Shown piece after piece: positions 18,616 through 29,314 of a stretch of 64,000 nucleotides of DNA. The stretch spans positions 10,354 to 74,353 of IMG/VR virus record IMGVR_UViG_3300027708_000057; one strand, written 5' to 3'. How positions within the stretch are numbered: position 1 is the first letter of the stretch; each line of letters begins with the position of its first letter. The stretch is from a virus. Both the position numbers and the translations under genes were made by a program. Under the pieces are notes generated by a model. It was not told the DNA's origin. It saw nothing but the letters and a program-made list of their open reading frames with translations, and did no database searches.

Positions 18616-19695
18616 TCAAGGATATAAATAAGTTATTACTGAGCTTTTAAGTTTATTTTGAAACCATGTAGCTGCCTTTTTAGATACAGCTCCTGTAATT
18701 TCCTTTCGGGAAATATCAGATGCTAACAATGAATCAGATTCTTCATTCCAGATATCTTCAACAACCCATTTAATAAAATTGGCAATTTTCTGAGGAACTG
18801 CATCTGCGGGAGATGATACTACAATACCATAACCTTGCTCAAGTCTATCTTCATTACAATAAGTCTCTACCGCAACTTGTATTGAATCCAGCTTTACAAC
18901 CTCAACTGTTATTGTCTTTTTTACATGAGATTTTGAATGAGATTCACCCTTAACTTTAAAAGCTCTTGAAAAGCTAGGATCATCAATGGGTTTAAAAACA
19001 ATACCTTCTCCATGGCCTGAAATATCGAAAGTTTTTGCGAAAGGGCATTCCTTATCAATACTATCAACCCATTGATTCATGATCTCAATAGATTTATTGG
19101 CTTGATTCAAATCAACTTCAATAATATATGGTTTTGTTCGGCGAACATTAAATACTCCGATATCAGGATTCTCGTAGGATGTAGAACTCCATACAGAAGT
19201 AACTTCTTCATTACTATTGTCAGTTGTAAACACTTGCTTAACTCCAAAGATAACAAACATTTTTTGCATAGAACTGAGAGCAACTCCCCCTTGAATTGAG
19301 CCCCCACACCATTCGCCATAAACAATAGTTCTTACCCCATCATTATCTGACTTAAAATGAGGGACGATCTTATACCCATCCTTGGCGACCCAATGAGCAA
19401 ATCCTGCATTATCTTTAATCTGATCAATTACATTTTCTCGGGATTGACAGTAATATGTCCCATCAGAATTAATTACGATTGCTGCATTAGTGCCATGAAG
19501 TTTTACAAAACCTTCAAATGTTATAATGGGCAATTCTTTTGTATCATCATAGATTGGATCTCCTTTCTCATCAACTCCTGAGAATTGGTAAGACAGTTTT
19601 AAGCTTTGTAATACTTGATGATATTGTCGAATTTTTGGGAACGCGTAGTGTTTCATATTAGTAGTTATTGGTGAGTGACTCTTATTAATTTTCAT
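18616..19695 (-). CDS. RNA ligase, Rnl2-like nucleotidyltransferase
   Basis: Motif I VKLHGTN, CQSRE, VYGEWCG, FVIFGV, GEGIVFK and FKVKG. Confidence 0.88.
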   Translation of the reverse strand: MKINKSHSPITTNMKHYAFPKIRQYHQVLQSLKLSYQFSGVDEKGDPIYDDTKELPIITFEGFVKLHGTNAAIVINSDGTYYCQSRENVIDQIKDNAGFAHWVAKDGYKIVPHFKSDNDGVRTIVYGEWCGGSIQGGVALSSMQKMFVIFGVKQVFTTDNSNEEVTSVWSSTSYENPDIGVFNVRRTKPYIIEVDLNQANKSIEIMNQWVDSIDKECPFAKTFDISGHGEGIVFKPIDDPSFSRAFKVKGESHSKSHVKKTITVEVVKLDSIQVAVETYCNEDRLEQGYGIVVSSPADAVPQKIANFIKWVVEDIWNEESDSLLASDISRKEITGAVSKKAATWFQNKLKSSVITYLYP

Positions 19696-20159
19696 TTTGT
19701 TTGTTTTTTAGATTGGTTTAATATATTTTACAGCTAATGGATTTTCAAATTGAGCAATTCGTATTCGATTATGTCTTGCCCGAATTCGTTGACCATCAAT
19801 TGTAATATTGTGCCCACGACCACCGTCAGTGAAATCGGAAATCGCATAAACCATTAAAGAAGCTTTTTCAATTCTTGAATCATAATCAGAGCCAAGAATA
19901 TGCTTGTAATATAATTTATAGAGATAATGGATCATAATTTTGTTAGAGAGATTACTTAGAATTAGTTGCGATTTCAGTAAGTAAATTTTTAGACGAATAT
20001 CCCTATTCTGATGCAGATTCTTCTGAATCCTTGGAAATCTTCTTAAGAAATGCGGCTTCTAACTCTGCGCATTCTTCAGGAGACTTTCCTATACATTCCT
20101 CAACCAATTTTTTAGTGAGAATCTTTGCGAGCTGTTTTGTGCCCGTGTGTCTAATATAT

Positions 20160-20609
20160 TTACTTTTGCTCATTCTGTTTTTTATTATTTGTTTCACTTC
20201 TTTTCACTATGATCTCCATATATTCAGGCATTGTTCGGGCTAATTTTTTCATTTCAGCTCTATTTTTACAAAATATATCAAAAACATATTTACTATCCTT
20301 TTTTCCACCAGCTGCCGTTTTTCTTGTTACCGCCGGTCCTCTATCTTCTACGATATATTCATGTCCTAATTTTGGAATAATGATGTGAGTCCCAAATTTA
20401 AAGTTAGGGTGTGCAGCAACCGTATGATTAGGAGTAGCTTTCTTTACATTAGCTTGAGCAACATGTGAACCAAAAGGTTCCTCAGCACAATAATAAGTGA
20501 TCCTAGCTTTGATGGTTTGATCTGTAGATTCAATGTTTGTTTGTGGTGATGCAATAGAACTACAGGACGATAGTATTAAAAACATAAGTGTTGATAATAG
20601 ATATTTCAT
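20160..20609 (-). CDS. lipoprotein with 3D (MltA-like) cell-wall-active domain
   Basis: Signal peptide and lipobox LSSC. ARITYY, VAAHP..KFGT, VEDRGPAV and FDIF. Confidence 0.75.
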   Translation of the reverse strand: MKYLLSTLMFLILSSCSSIASPQTNIESTDQTIKARITYYCAEEPFGSHVAQANVKKATPNHTVAAHPNFKFGTHIIIPKLGHEYIVEDRGPAVTRKTAAGGKKDSKYVFDIFCKNRAEMKKLARTMPEYMEIIVKRSETNNKKQNEQK

Positions 20610-20782
20610 ATTTGTTTATGGTTGAAGGCATTTAAATTCCCATAAAAGGAAATTATATCATATGCCATTGTTATTGTACATGAAGAAATAAATCATCACA
20701 CACTAGACTTCAATCACGATGCCGAAATGCATCTATCGAATATTCTACATTACCAACTTATAGTAAATGCAGCTATTTTTAT

Positions 20783-21508
20783 TTATAACTTAGAATCTGA
20801 TAAATACTCAGATTTCACCAAAATATATTTCATTTTCTTTGCCATTTTTGGAGATAAAGTTTTGTACCAACTATATCCTTCAGCTTTTTTGTATAATTTT
20901 CCAGGCTCTCCTGAAATTTCACATGTTTTTGAAGATAAATTCTCAACTAATCGTACCATACCTGCAACAACCTGATCTCCGCCTGAGTAGTAGAAGCGAA
21001 GTTCTCCAAATTTTTCCTTAATTTGGTTTATAACTACTTTAGGAACTTTTTCTATATGCCACTTATAATGTGGTCGAAACCAGGAGAAAAAATATTGGGT
21101 ATTTGTAAAAATTGATAATCTCCAAGGATGTTTTTCTTTTATTAATTCTAAAATCTCAGGTTTAATAAGCCAATATTCATCGGTCTTATCTGATTTTGTT
21201 TTATATTTTTTATATGGATCAAGCAATCTATAGAAAACTTCACCTAAGGGTCTAATAAATTTATTATAGATAAACAGTTTAATAGTAAACAACATTTTAT
21301 TTTTCTGAGTATGGCTTTCTCCAAATGTTGTATAATTATTAATGGATGCACAAAGATTTTCCACAAGAAATTTCCATCCATCTGGGACATAAATTCCACA
21401 ATCTGTGCAAATTGGTTTATTCTCACAATCTTTATTAAAAAGATTGGGATAAAGGTTCATAAGATGCTCTTCGAATGATATTTCTGGTTGTGTTATTTTT
21501 TTACTCAT
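20783..21508 (-). CDS. conserved phage hypothetical protein (QIKEKFG-LRFY, CxxxG motif)
   Basis: QIKEKFGELRFYYSGG...SKTCEISGEPG. Likely start MSKKITQ at 21508. Confidence 0.6.
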   Translation of the reverse strand: MSKKITQPEISFEEHLMNLYPNLFNKDCENKPICTDCGIYVPDGWKFLVENLCASINNYTTFGESHTQKNKMLFTIKLFIYNKFIRPLGEVFYRLLDPYKKYKTKSDKTDEYWLIKPEILELIKEKHPWRLSIFTNTQYFFSWFRPHYKWHIEKVPKVVINQIKEKFGELRFYYSGGDQVVAGMVRLVENLSSKTCEISGEPGKLYKKAEGYSWYKTLSPKMAKKMKYILVKSEYLSDSKL

Positions 21509-21702
21509 AATTAACATTGGGGGGTTAAAAAGGATGTGGGATATTCGGAACAAGTGGTAAATGAAACAGTGGAAGAACTTTACAATCTGAATAAAACAGA
21601 ATCGAAGGGTTAGGAGGATTATTTCTGAATTCCTCAAATTCTTTCCGAAGATATGCAAGTTCTTTACGTAGATCCTCAATTTCTTTAAGTAATTCTGATT
21701 TT

Positions 21703-22521
21703 TTATGTCCATAGATATCCAACATTTTTTGTGATTACTCCCATAGCCCATTGATCTTTCTCTTCGATCAATGCTTCAATCCGATTAGTCTCTGCATAAA
21801 TTTTTTCATACGTTGCTCCAAATCGTTCTTCACAAGACTTAAGTACTGTAAATGAAATCCCATTTACAATCTTTTTATCTTTTTGAATCCAATCATCAGA
21901 AAAAGTACTTTCCGGATATGATGCATTAAGATCAATCTCTAATTGCGGCCGTTCGGTCTTTACATATTCATATGCTTTTTTAAGATCACCATATAATTTA
22001 TTGATATTATCGACATACTCTTGTGTTGCATATCCTTTCTCAATATCTTCACTCCAGTCCATATCGAGCTGATCCAAACAATTTTCTTCTTCAACGAAGT
22101 TTATCAAACAAGTGAATAGAAGATTTGGAATTAAATCAACTTTATCCGTCCAAGTTTTTGGAATGGAATTTCTCAACCAATCTTGGCAATCTTCATTATC
22201 TTCACTAGTTTCTGTTTTTGTAGAAGGTTTCTCCATCAATGCAGCCTTTAATTCCTCAACTATTTTTTTCTGATAAATGAGTTCATTCCTATAAGCTTGA
22301 ATTAGATTATTAGCATTATGAGTATCTGTTAAAAGAGCTTTATCGACTTCTTTTAGCCACAATTGACATATTGGATCAGACAGTTTAAATTCATACTCTT
22401 CTGGTTCGGTGTAATTTGAATCACTTGTATATTTACACATAATAGCTTCTCGTACTTCTTTAGGATATGCATAATCAGTAGGTTCAAATTTATAATCCGT
22501 CGGTTTAAATTTGGAATTCAT
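21703..22521 (-). CDS. hypothetical protein
   Basis: 272-aa ORF ending in phage-typical ...GYLWT. Confidence 0.6.
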   Translation of the reverse strand: MNSKFKPTDYKFEPTDYAYPKEVREAIMCKYTSDSNYTEPEEYEFKLSDPICQLWLKEVDKALLTDTHNANNLIQAYRNELIYQKKIVEELKAALMEKPSTKTETSEDNEDCQDWLRNSIPKTWTDKVDLIPNLLFTCLINFVEEENCLDQLDMDWSEDIEKGYATQEYVDNINKLYGDLKKAYEYVKTERPQLEIDLNASYPESTFSDDWIQKDKKIVNGISFTVLKSCEERFGATYEKIYAETNRIEALIEEKDQWAMGVITKNVGYLWT

Positions 22522-22535
22522 ATTATTATTATAAA

Positions 22536-23111
22536 CTAATTTTGATGCTTTGTAAATGCGTATTTTCTAACCCACCCTATAATATCTCCAAGTAGATTTT
22601 TCCCAGACCAAAGTGTTTGATCAAAACATGCAGGATCATCAATATCAATTCCAGTTCCCCAAACGAGATCAATTGCAGTAGATTCTGCAAATTTTGTGTC
22701 ATAAGGAAATTGCATTATGAAGTTTTTAAGATGTTCATTTTGTGTGAATTTTTGAAAATTTCCAATAGAAACTAATTCGAATTTCATACTATCCCAAATC
22801 TCCTGATCATAATTCTTAACTTGTCTGCCGAGCGCTTGCATTTCCCGAGGATTTCTTTCATTCATGATCTTTTCAAGAGTCTCTTTATCACCAAACAATT
22901 TAGCCTTTGCTGCCATCATAAATTGTTCTGCGCACATATAAGTGATCGGAGGATCATCCCAGTTATCACATAATTTATGACTTGTAAAGTTTGATGATTG
23001 ATTAGAGAAACACCCCCACCATTGGGAAAAAGGGCTTGTTTTGAAAAGACATACTCTGTTCTCAATTTTGCACCCGTATTCTTCGGGACTCTTCAATGTT
23101 TCTATTTTCAT
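22536..23111 (-). CDS. NADAR (YbiA-like) family protein
   Basis: PFSQWW, AEQFMMAAKAKLFGD, LGRQVKNYD, KFTQN, DLVWGTG and GKNLLG. Confidence 0.92.
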   Translation of the reverse strand: MKIETLKSPEEYGCKIENRVCLFKTSPFSQWWGCFSNQSSNFTSHKLCDNWDDPPITYMCAEQFMMAAKAKLFGDKETLEKIMNERNPREMQALGRQVKNYDQEIWDSMKFELVSIGNFQKFTQNEHLKNFIMQFPYDTKFAESTAIDLVWGTGIDIDDPACFDQTLWSGKNLLGDIIGWVRKYAFTKHQN

Positions 23112-23115
23112 ATTG

Positions 23116-23490
23116 TTAATTAAATTTCCGCGTTTGACTTTGATTGAATTGTGGAATCCCCAAAGCATCTTTACCTGAACTCTTCGATCCCTTTATAAGA
23201 TAGTATCCAGCATTACTCCATTCCTCATAAGACATTGCCGTATCATCCATTTCTAATTTTAAACTCTTTAGATTTTTAACTCCTCCTCTTGGTAATATAT
23301 AACCATCTTTATGATAATGGAATAAAAACTTATCTTCTTTAACTTTCTTCTGTTTTGCTACTGTACTCGCCGACAATAATTCATGATCAATTGGTTGGGT
23401 CTCGAAAAAGTCCATTCCAGAATCATCATGAAATAATTCTGGAAGTTTTAATGGAGAATGATCACATAGGAAATCAAGTAGATTGTTCAC
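23116..23490 (-). CDS. hypothetical protein, probably the 3' part of a gene split by the tnpB insertion
   Basis: Appears to join the 5' part at 24140-24203 (MKITEQ...LIDRG) to give LIDRGYSVNNLLDF. Confidence 0.5.
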   Translation of the reverse strand: MNNLLDFLCDHSPLKLPELFHDDSGMDFFETQPIDHELLSASTVAKQKKVKEDKFLFHYHKDGYILPRGGVKNLKSLKLEMDDTAMSYEEWSNAGYYLIKGSKSSGKDALGIPQFNQSQTRKFN

Positions 23491-23496
23491 AGATTA

Positions 23497-24139
23497 TAAT
23501 GAGATGTTTCAAAACAGTTGCTACTTTATCCGATGGCCAAACTACACCGGATACAGATCGCCATGGGCATTCCTTGCAATCAGTAATTAAAAAGTTATCA
23601 AGAAAAAAGAAGGGATCTAAAGTATTTAAACTGGCTCAAACCCATCGTAAGAATTTTGTCAATTAGTCTATCAACCAATTGGATTTTTCAGGTCTGAAGG
23701 AAGTCAGACTAGAAAAGATTGTCAACATCAAAAAAGGTGTTAAAACTTCCAGAAGTATGGCTCATTGGTCTAATCCTGAGATTAGAGATAAGATAAAACA
23801 CAGATGTGAAGAATTGGAGGTTCCAGTTGTAGAACAATCATGTGCTTATCGGTCTCAAAGGTGTCACCAATGTTCTCAGGTCCGAAAGGTTAATAGGAAA
23901 GGTAAAGAATATTCATGTAGTAATTGCGGATGGGTCGGCGACGCCGACTTTAACGCATCTAAGAATCATGAATGTAATCTTACACCAATTCCATTTAGTC
24001 TTGTCGGCAAAGGTCTTAATTTAGGCTCGGGTTTCTTTTGGAAACCAGAAGGCTTATTTAAGATTGATGGTTCGGAGCTTATAGTCTCGGATACTAAAAA
24101 CAATTTTTATTGAAAATTTTCAATAAAAATTGTAACTAT
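23497..24139 (+). pseudogene. tnpB: second, 5'-truncated tnpB remnant, inverted relative to the first
   Basis: KTVATLSDGQTTPD...DADFNASKNHEC closely parallels 17372-18000. TGG>TAG at 23664. Same terminus aaaattttcaataaaaattgtaactat. Confidence 0.88.
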
Positions 24140-24250
24140 AACCACGATCAATTAGTTTTTCAAGTACTTCTCGCACTTCGGAATATTGTTCGGTTATTTT
24201 CATATATGAATATTCTATATTATTTTTGAAGCTTTGTAAATAATAAATTA

Positions 24251-24511
24251 TCAATAATCACATATATAAGGAAGCAGTCGTGTATCCTCATCCGGTCGCG
24301 ACTTGAGAGAAAGAGATTCACTTTCGCCAGTACATTTACCCCATCGAATAAATCCTGCAGAAATTGGTTTACGTGTTACTCGTTCCCAAGAACCCCACGA
24401 TTGATCTCGCATGTGAGAAATACTTTCAGCCATAATGTTATGCGGTACCGATTCAGGAAAGATAAAGATTTCTTCCATGCCAGCATCTTGGGTAGTTACA
24501 ATATATTTCAT
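24251..24511 (-). CDS. small hypothetical protein (paralog of 24508-24760)
   Basis: MKYIV..IFP..V.H...SAGFI...C.G.S.SL. Confidence 0.65.
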   Translation of the reverse strand: MKYIVTTQDAGMEEIFIFPESVPHNIMAESISHMRDQSWGSWERVTRKPISAGFIRWGKCTGESESLSLKSRPDEDTRLLPYICDY

Positions 24512-24760
24512 TCTTGAATTTTTAAGTTAAGTTCTTCTGCAATTGTTTCATCATCAAAAGATCCTCCAGATTCAATTCCTAGAGAATGCGAAGATCCATG
24601 GCAATGGATCTTTCCTTCATTATCAAAGTCAATATAACCGGCTCCAGTAATTGCTGAATGCGCAGATTGCTTGAGTAATGTTCCTGCATCAATGTGTTGT
24701 ACATATTCAGGAAAAATCATGAATCCTCCCAGCTCGTCTATTACATATTTAAGATTTTTC
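24508..24760 (-). CDS. small hypothetical protein (paralog of 24251-24511)
   Basis: LKYVI..IFP..V.H...GAGYI...C.G.S.SL. Confidence 0.65.
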
Positions 24761-24764
24761 ATAA

Positions 24765-25037
24765 TTATTCTTTTATAGTTGACCTTGTGCATAATGGGAA
24801 TGTACAACCCAGCATGAATCCAAAGTCATATAAATGGCCTGTATTAGAAACTGCATAAATCACAACATTAGAATCAAAAAAAGATATTAGAAATGAAATT
24901 GGAAGGATCATACCATGCCAAACCCCATGGAAGAATCCAGGAATATCAGTGGATACAACATTTGCAGAATCTGCACAACTCGATAAAAGTAGAGCAAATA
25001 ATACAAGGAATATTTTTGTCATTGTTTTGTTTTTCAT
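24765..25037 (-). CDS. small membrane lipoprotein
   Basis: Lipobox LSSC. PGFFHGVWHGMILP...NTG..YDFGF. Confidence 0.65.
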   Translation of the reverse strand: MKNKTMTKIFLVLFALLLSSCADSANVVSTDIPGFFHGVWHGMILPISFLISFFDSNVVIYAVSNTGHLYDFGFMLGCTFPLCTRSTIKE

Positions 25038-25134
25038 ATGTTTGTTTTTATGTAGGAAATTATTAAGTCTTGATGCGGGAACATGCTAATACACTCATAA
25101 TTTAACGTGGTTAAGTTGTGGTTTCCTTGCGGAA

Positions 25135-25899
25135 TTATTCTACACTATTTCTGACCCAGTGTAAACAAAAAAGTGTATAAAACTGAATTATTTTTTCACC
25201 GTTGATTTTCGACGGCTTACGCAATTTCTTTAGGTATTCCCACCCTTTTTCCAGAAAAATCCCGTATTTCATGAATTCTTTTGACTCGCCATACCAGCCA
25301 ATACCGAACGGGTTATGACATTCCACAATGATGATTTCTCCGGATTTCAGCTCTGCTACATCAATCGTTCCACACCAACTTTTCGGAATCTCAAGACCAA
25401 CTGGTAATGGCGGAGATTCCGATTCTTCCTCCTTCGGATCATGAGAGTACCAGCCATCACAAATCATTTCTCCATGGACAATATAATAACGTCCTTCTTT
25501 TACGATTTCAACAAGGGTTTGCAATTCATATGGTCCAACGGGAAGTTCATCATATACTTTTAAAGGATCATAGATAAATCCATCAAATCTCTTAAATGCA
25601 TCCGCAGGTTTCACAAACGTTTTTTCGTGAATATTATCAAGATCATTAGCGTACCAAATTTTCCGACCAGCAAATTCTTTTGTAAATTCTGGAAAATAAT
25701 CTGGAACAAATGTTCGATTCAGAGCTTTTTGAACAATCTCAACAGAACCAGAAATCATTACACCTTCTTCAATATCTTCATATGGAATTTCTGATAAATC
25801 TCTAAATAATCTTAATCTTCGATCAGTTTCCATTGCATATCTTGCTAATGCTTGAGATTCTCTAGAACCTCCATCAAACAAATGCCAAATATTTTTCAT
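25135..25899 (-). CDS. ATP-grasp domain protein (DUF4343/R2K-like)
   Basis: PDYFPE, TFVKP..KRFDG, EGRYYIVHG, GTIDVA, IIVECHN and GWYG. Confidence 0.75.
   Translation of the reverse strand: MKNIWHLFDGGSRESQALARYAMETDRRLRLFRDLSEIPYEDIEEGVMISGSVEIVQKALNRTFVPDYFPEFTKEFAGRKIWYANDLDNIHEKTFVKPADAFKRFDGFIYDPLKVYDELPVGPYELQTLVEIVKEGRYYIVHGEMICDGWYSHDPKEEESESPPLPVGLEIPKSWCGTIDVAELKSGEIIIVECHNPFGIGWYGESKEFMKYGIFLEKGWEYLKKLRKPSKINGEKIIQFYTLFCLHWVRNSVE
25137..25166 (-). promoter_or_regulatory. early-type sigma70 promoter
   Basis: GTTTACA-17-TAGAAT with upstream T tract. Confidence 0.7.
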
Positions 25900-25903
25900 A
25901 TTA

Positions 25904-26959
25904 TTAAATCTCAATGAAATCTTTCCAGATATATGCAGAATTTTTTACATACTTTTTTAGACCTCTTTTATGGAGATACACATTAATCTTTGGGAATGTA
26001 TATGATAAGCAAAGAGCATCAATCATACTTTTATGATCTGTCGCCTTTGCAGAAAACATTCTTGATGCCCATGGGATTTCTTTATGAGTAACAATTATTG
26101 GAACATTACAACTAATAAAATCTGCAGATACTATATTGAACGTCTCACTTAAACTTATTTGCATACCCATATCCATTGTCGCACATAATTCAAGGAATTC
26201 TGTCCGAGGGAGCCAATCATGACATATCAATTTATGCCCAATAGAATTCAAATGCTTGAACATCTCAAATAGATTCTTCATCGCACTATCACCTTTTTGT
26301 TCAATGCGACTACTATTAATATGAAAATGTAGTTTCTTTCCAATAATATTGACAAAATCTAATGCAGCAATAGCTTGTGCCAAATGATTCTTGAGAGGAC
26401 GAATAGCGCCAAAGCAAGCAATGTCAATATGGTCTTTACACTTATTAAGGTTCTTACAAGATAAATCATATACAGGATAGTAATTCGGTAAATAAACGAT
26501 CTTATCCTCAATATTATGAGTATGAAGAATTGTTTTAAGTACAATCTCCAGGGAATGTTCCATCCGGGGAGAATTAACCCCAACCATAACATTTGGAATA
26601 TGACAATATTCTCCAATCCATTTCAAAGCAATACCTTCACCTGCAAGAAATGGAACTTCAGAATGAATACGAACAACCCACTTGATTTTAGGATATAGTC
26701 TCTGGAGTTGTGCAAGTTTCTCAGGTGTTACCCATAAAGCTTCTATAATAACAAGAGTAGCCCTATGCTTTACAATTTCGTGTTCAATAGAGTTGGCATC
26801 ATGCACAACAGAAATATTACTAATATATCCATTCTCGATAAGCATATCGGAAACATATTTTGCTGAGTTATAAAGACCTGAACTTAAACTCAGATTACTA
26901 GAACTTTTCTCATTATAGATTTCACGATGTTTGAGAATGAAGAGAATAGATTGCGTCAT
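25904..26959 (-). CDS. GT-B (GT4-like) glycosyltransferase
   Basis: IACFGAIRPLKNH and MQISLSETFNIVSAD. Late promoter TATAAATA at 26969-26976. Confidence 0.75.
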   Translation of the reverse strand: MTQSILFILKHREIYNEKSSSNLSLSSGLYNSAKYVSDMLIENGYISNISVVHDANSIEHEIVKHRATLVIIEALWVTPEKLAQLQRLYPKIKWVVRIHSEVPFLAGEGIALKWIGEYCHIPNVMVGVNSPRMEHSLEIVLKTILHTHNIEDKIVYLPNYYPVYDLSCKNLNKCKDHIDIACFGAIRPLKNHLAQAIAALDFVNIIGKKLHFHINSSRIEQKGDSAMKNLFEMFKHLNSIGHKLICHDWLPRTEFLELCATMDMGMQISLSETFNIVSADFISCNVPIIVTHKEIPWASRMFSAKATDHKSMIDALCLSYTFPKINVYLHKRGLKKYVKNSAYIWKDFIEI

Positions 26960-26980
26960 ATATGAAACTATTTATACTAA

Positions 26981-27016
26981 GAAAGGATTCATTTGTTTTT
27001 CTTCATGAATCCTTTC
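26981..27016 (-). terminator. hairpin, probable terminator
   Basis: gaaaggattcat...atgaatcctttc. Confidence 0.65.
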
Positions 27017-27103
27017 TCATGTTATTAATTTAGAAGTTAATCAATTACTTTAATGAAATTTGTAACTATTGTATATATTCTCGTGTCATATTGTTTATGT
27101 TTG

Positions 27104-27556
27104 TTATTTCAAAATTTCCAGGATCTTTACTGAAACTGTTTTAGGATCTGCATGCCCATCTGCAATTTCCAGAACTTTCTTAATCACTATTCACACGTGT
27201 TTTCGGCCAGTTGCATTTTCTTCTGTAATCACTCTATTAATAATTTCTACAATTTCACAATCTTCTAATTGTTGTGGTAGAAATGATTCTAGAATTGCAA
27301 CTTTTAACTTTTCTTTTAATGCAAGTTCGGGTCGATTACCATTTGTAAATTGGGTAATACTATCTTTTCCTGAAGCAATCTTTTTTCGAATTACTCCAAG
27401 AACTTCGGCATCTGTTAATTCAGTATTTACATTCCCTTTTCGTAAAGATGCATGGATCAATTCGGTTTTCAATGCCCGAAGTACAGTAAGTCGAGTATTT
27501 CCTGAATCTCGATTCTTGATTGATCGAGTTATTTCTAAGTCTATATTTAAAATCAT
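27104..27556 (-). pseudogene. YqeY/GatB-domain protein with premature TGA
   Basis: RLTVLRALKTEL, SITQF..GNR.ELA.KE and FLPQQL. Homology continues after the TGA at 27191-27193 (IVIKKVL..ADG.AD.K.VS). Confidence 0.7.
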
Positions 27557-28092
27557 AATTTGTTTTCTAGTTTATTCAAAGCTTCAAAGAGGAGTCTTGC
27601 ACTTAATCGAGAATCCGCAAGAGGTTCATGCGCAGGTAATTCATTAGGAAGTCGATCATATGTTTTCATTGGATCCATTCCCGCACAGAGCATTACAGTT
27701 GCAATTTCATGCATAGGATATGGACTATCCTGGGATCGAGATGATATCATCTCATTATCAATACACACCCTTACAAAATTAGTTTCCACAGGAAAACCAC
27801 ACTCGACAAACACGACAGCATCATAAATAAGATTTGCATATATCCATTCATTCCAGAATACATCCTGAATTCTACATGGGCTGTTAAATTCAATTGAAGA
27901 TTCATGAACGGTCACATTATCATTAATCCATTGTCTATCTTCAAAAGAACCACCAGATGCATTACCAGAAAAACAATGAAACGCGAATTCTTTTATACAT
28001 GAACCATCTCTTCTATAAATTCCCCCAGCAACTGCAAATCCTTCCCCATATAAACCAACCGACTCTACATCAAAAATAAAATAATTCTTCAT
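27553..28092 (-). CDS. DEDDh 3'-5' exonuclease-like protein
   Basis: FIFDVESVG...HEPLADS. Confidence 0.7.
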   Translation of the reverse strand: MKNYFIFDVESVGLYGEGFAVAGGIYRRDGSCIKEFAFHCFSGNASGGSFEDRQWINDNVTVHESSIEFNSPCRIQDVFWNEWIYANLIYDAVVFVECGFPVETNFVRVCIDNEMISSRSQDSPYPMHEIATVMLCAGMDPMKTYDRLPNELPAHEPLADSRLSARLLFEALNKLENKL

Positions 28093-28168
28093 AGTTTCAA
28101 AAATTTATAAGATATATAAAAAATAATTATCCAAACAATTATTTCACAAAAGGTTATTACTAAGTTTT

Positions 28169-28480
28169 TTAACATAATTTTGGAACGGTCTCCATCAGAT
28201 ACACTGAATTCATTGTCTTAAATCCATTTTCTGTAATTTCTGTAATAGGTGATGTTGCAAAGACCCCAGGAATTTCGACATCATTTCGGATATATCTAAA
28301 CATCCTCAAAGATTCTCCGATGATAGGTCCATCTAAAATTTCTCCAATAACCCAATAATCAACATTGGGGGAAAGACCAATATCATCTATAAGAGATTCT
28401 CTATATTCATCATGTGATACGGCTGTGGTAACTTGAAAGTTCACAGTTGGTTTAATTTTTGTTATTTTATGTAGTTTCAT
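28169..28480 (-). CDS. hypothetical protein
   Basis: 103-aa ORF with C-terminal TSPI...FKTMNSVY. Confidence 0.55.
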   Translation of the reverse strand: MKLHKITKIKPTVNFQVTTAVSHDEYRESLIDDIGLSPNVDYWVIGEILDGPIIGESLRMFRYIRNDVEIPGVFATSPITEITENGFKTMNSVYLMETVPKLC

Positions 28481-29314
28481 ATTTGTTTATCATATATTGG
28501 TGCCAAGCTTCAGCAGCTTCTTCGGCAGAATTGTAATCTTCTCTGAGATCAGTTATATATGCAGATGCATCATGAATCTGGGCTCGGTTATCAAGTTCTT
28601 TTATTAGAAGCCAAATGTTTTCTCGAACTTCATTAATGTGAGCTAGTGTAGCCTGATCATGTTGTAATAGATTATCATTCATATATTATTTAATAGATTT
28701 TTGCAATCAATCAGTGATTCTCATAGTAATTTTAATTCAGTAAATAGTTGTATACAAAATAAACATCAAGCCCCAATAAGATTATCAAACCTGTTAGTAT
28801 TTTTCTATTATCGAATTGATGATCACCTGATAAAAAAGATAGCAAATACTTCTTCATATTAAAAATCAAATTGAAGTTGTTTATGAGTTTTCAAACAATC
28901 TCTTTTCAATTCATGTTTAATCATTTCAGATAAGTCTTGCAATATCTCCGAAATATCATGATCTGTGTATTCAAGTTTTGTAGGAATACTAGATCCCATG
29001 CGGAATACAGTATTGATATTAGTGTCTTTGATTATTACTTTAATTCGGTTCATATTAAGGATTCTTTGTGAAATAGTCAATCATACATTTTGTGGAACAG
29101 AAATCAAATTGGGATTTTGTATGAGGAACCCATAGTGTTGTGCTTTCGTTTACAATATTCACATCAACCCAATCATTGAGTGCACTACCCCCCATATTGA
29201 GGATTATTCTCAAATTTACAATTGTCACAAATACTTCGTGTTTGTTTCATAGTAGTGGTAAATGAGTTGTAATTCCTTCAAAACAGTAATCCCAAGCAGG
29301 TCCAATGGCAATAC

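Noticed and set aside
27191-27193. TGA recoding (TGA at a Gly position in YqeY; in-frame TGA in tnpB)
   Set aside because: TGA terminates conserved genes (uvsX, gp46, CobT-like) at expected positions, so point nonsense mutations are the simpler explanation.
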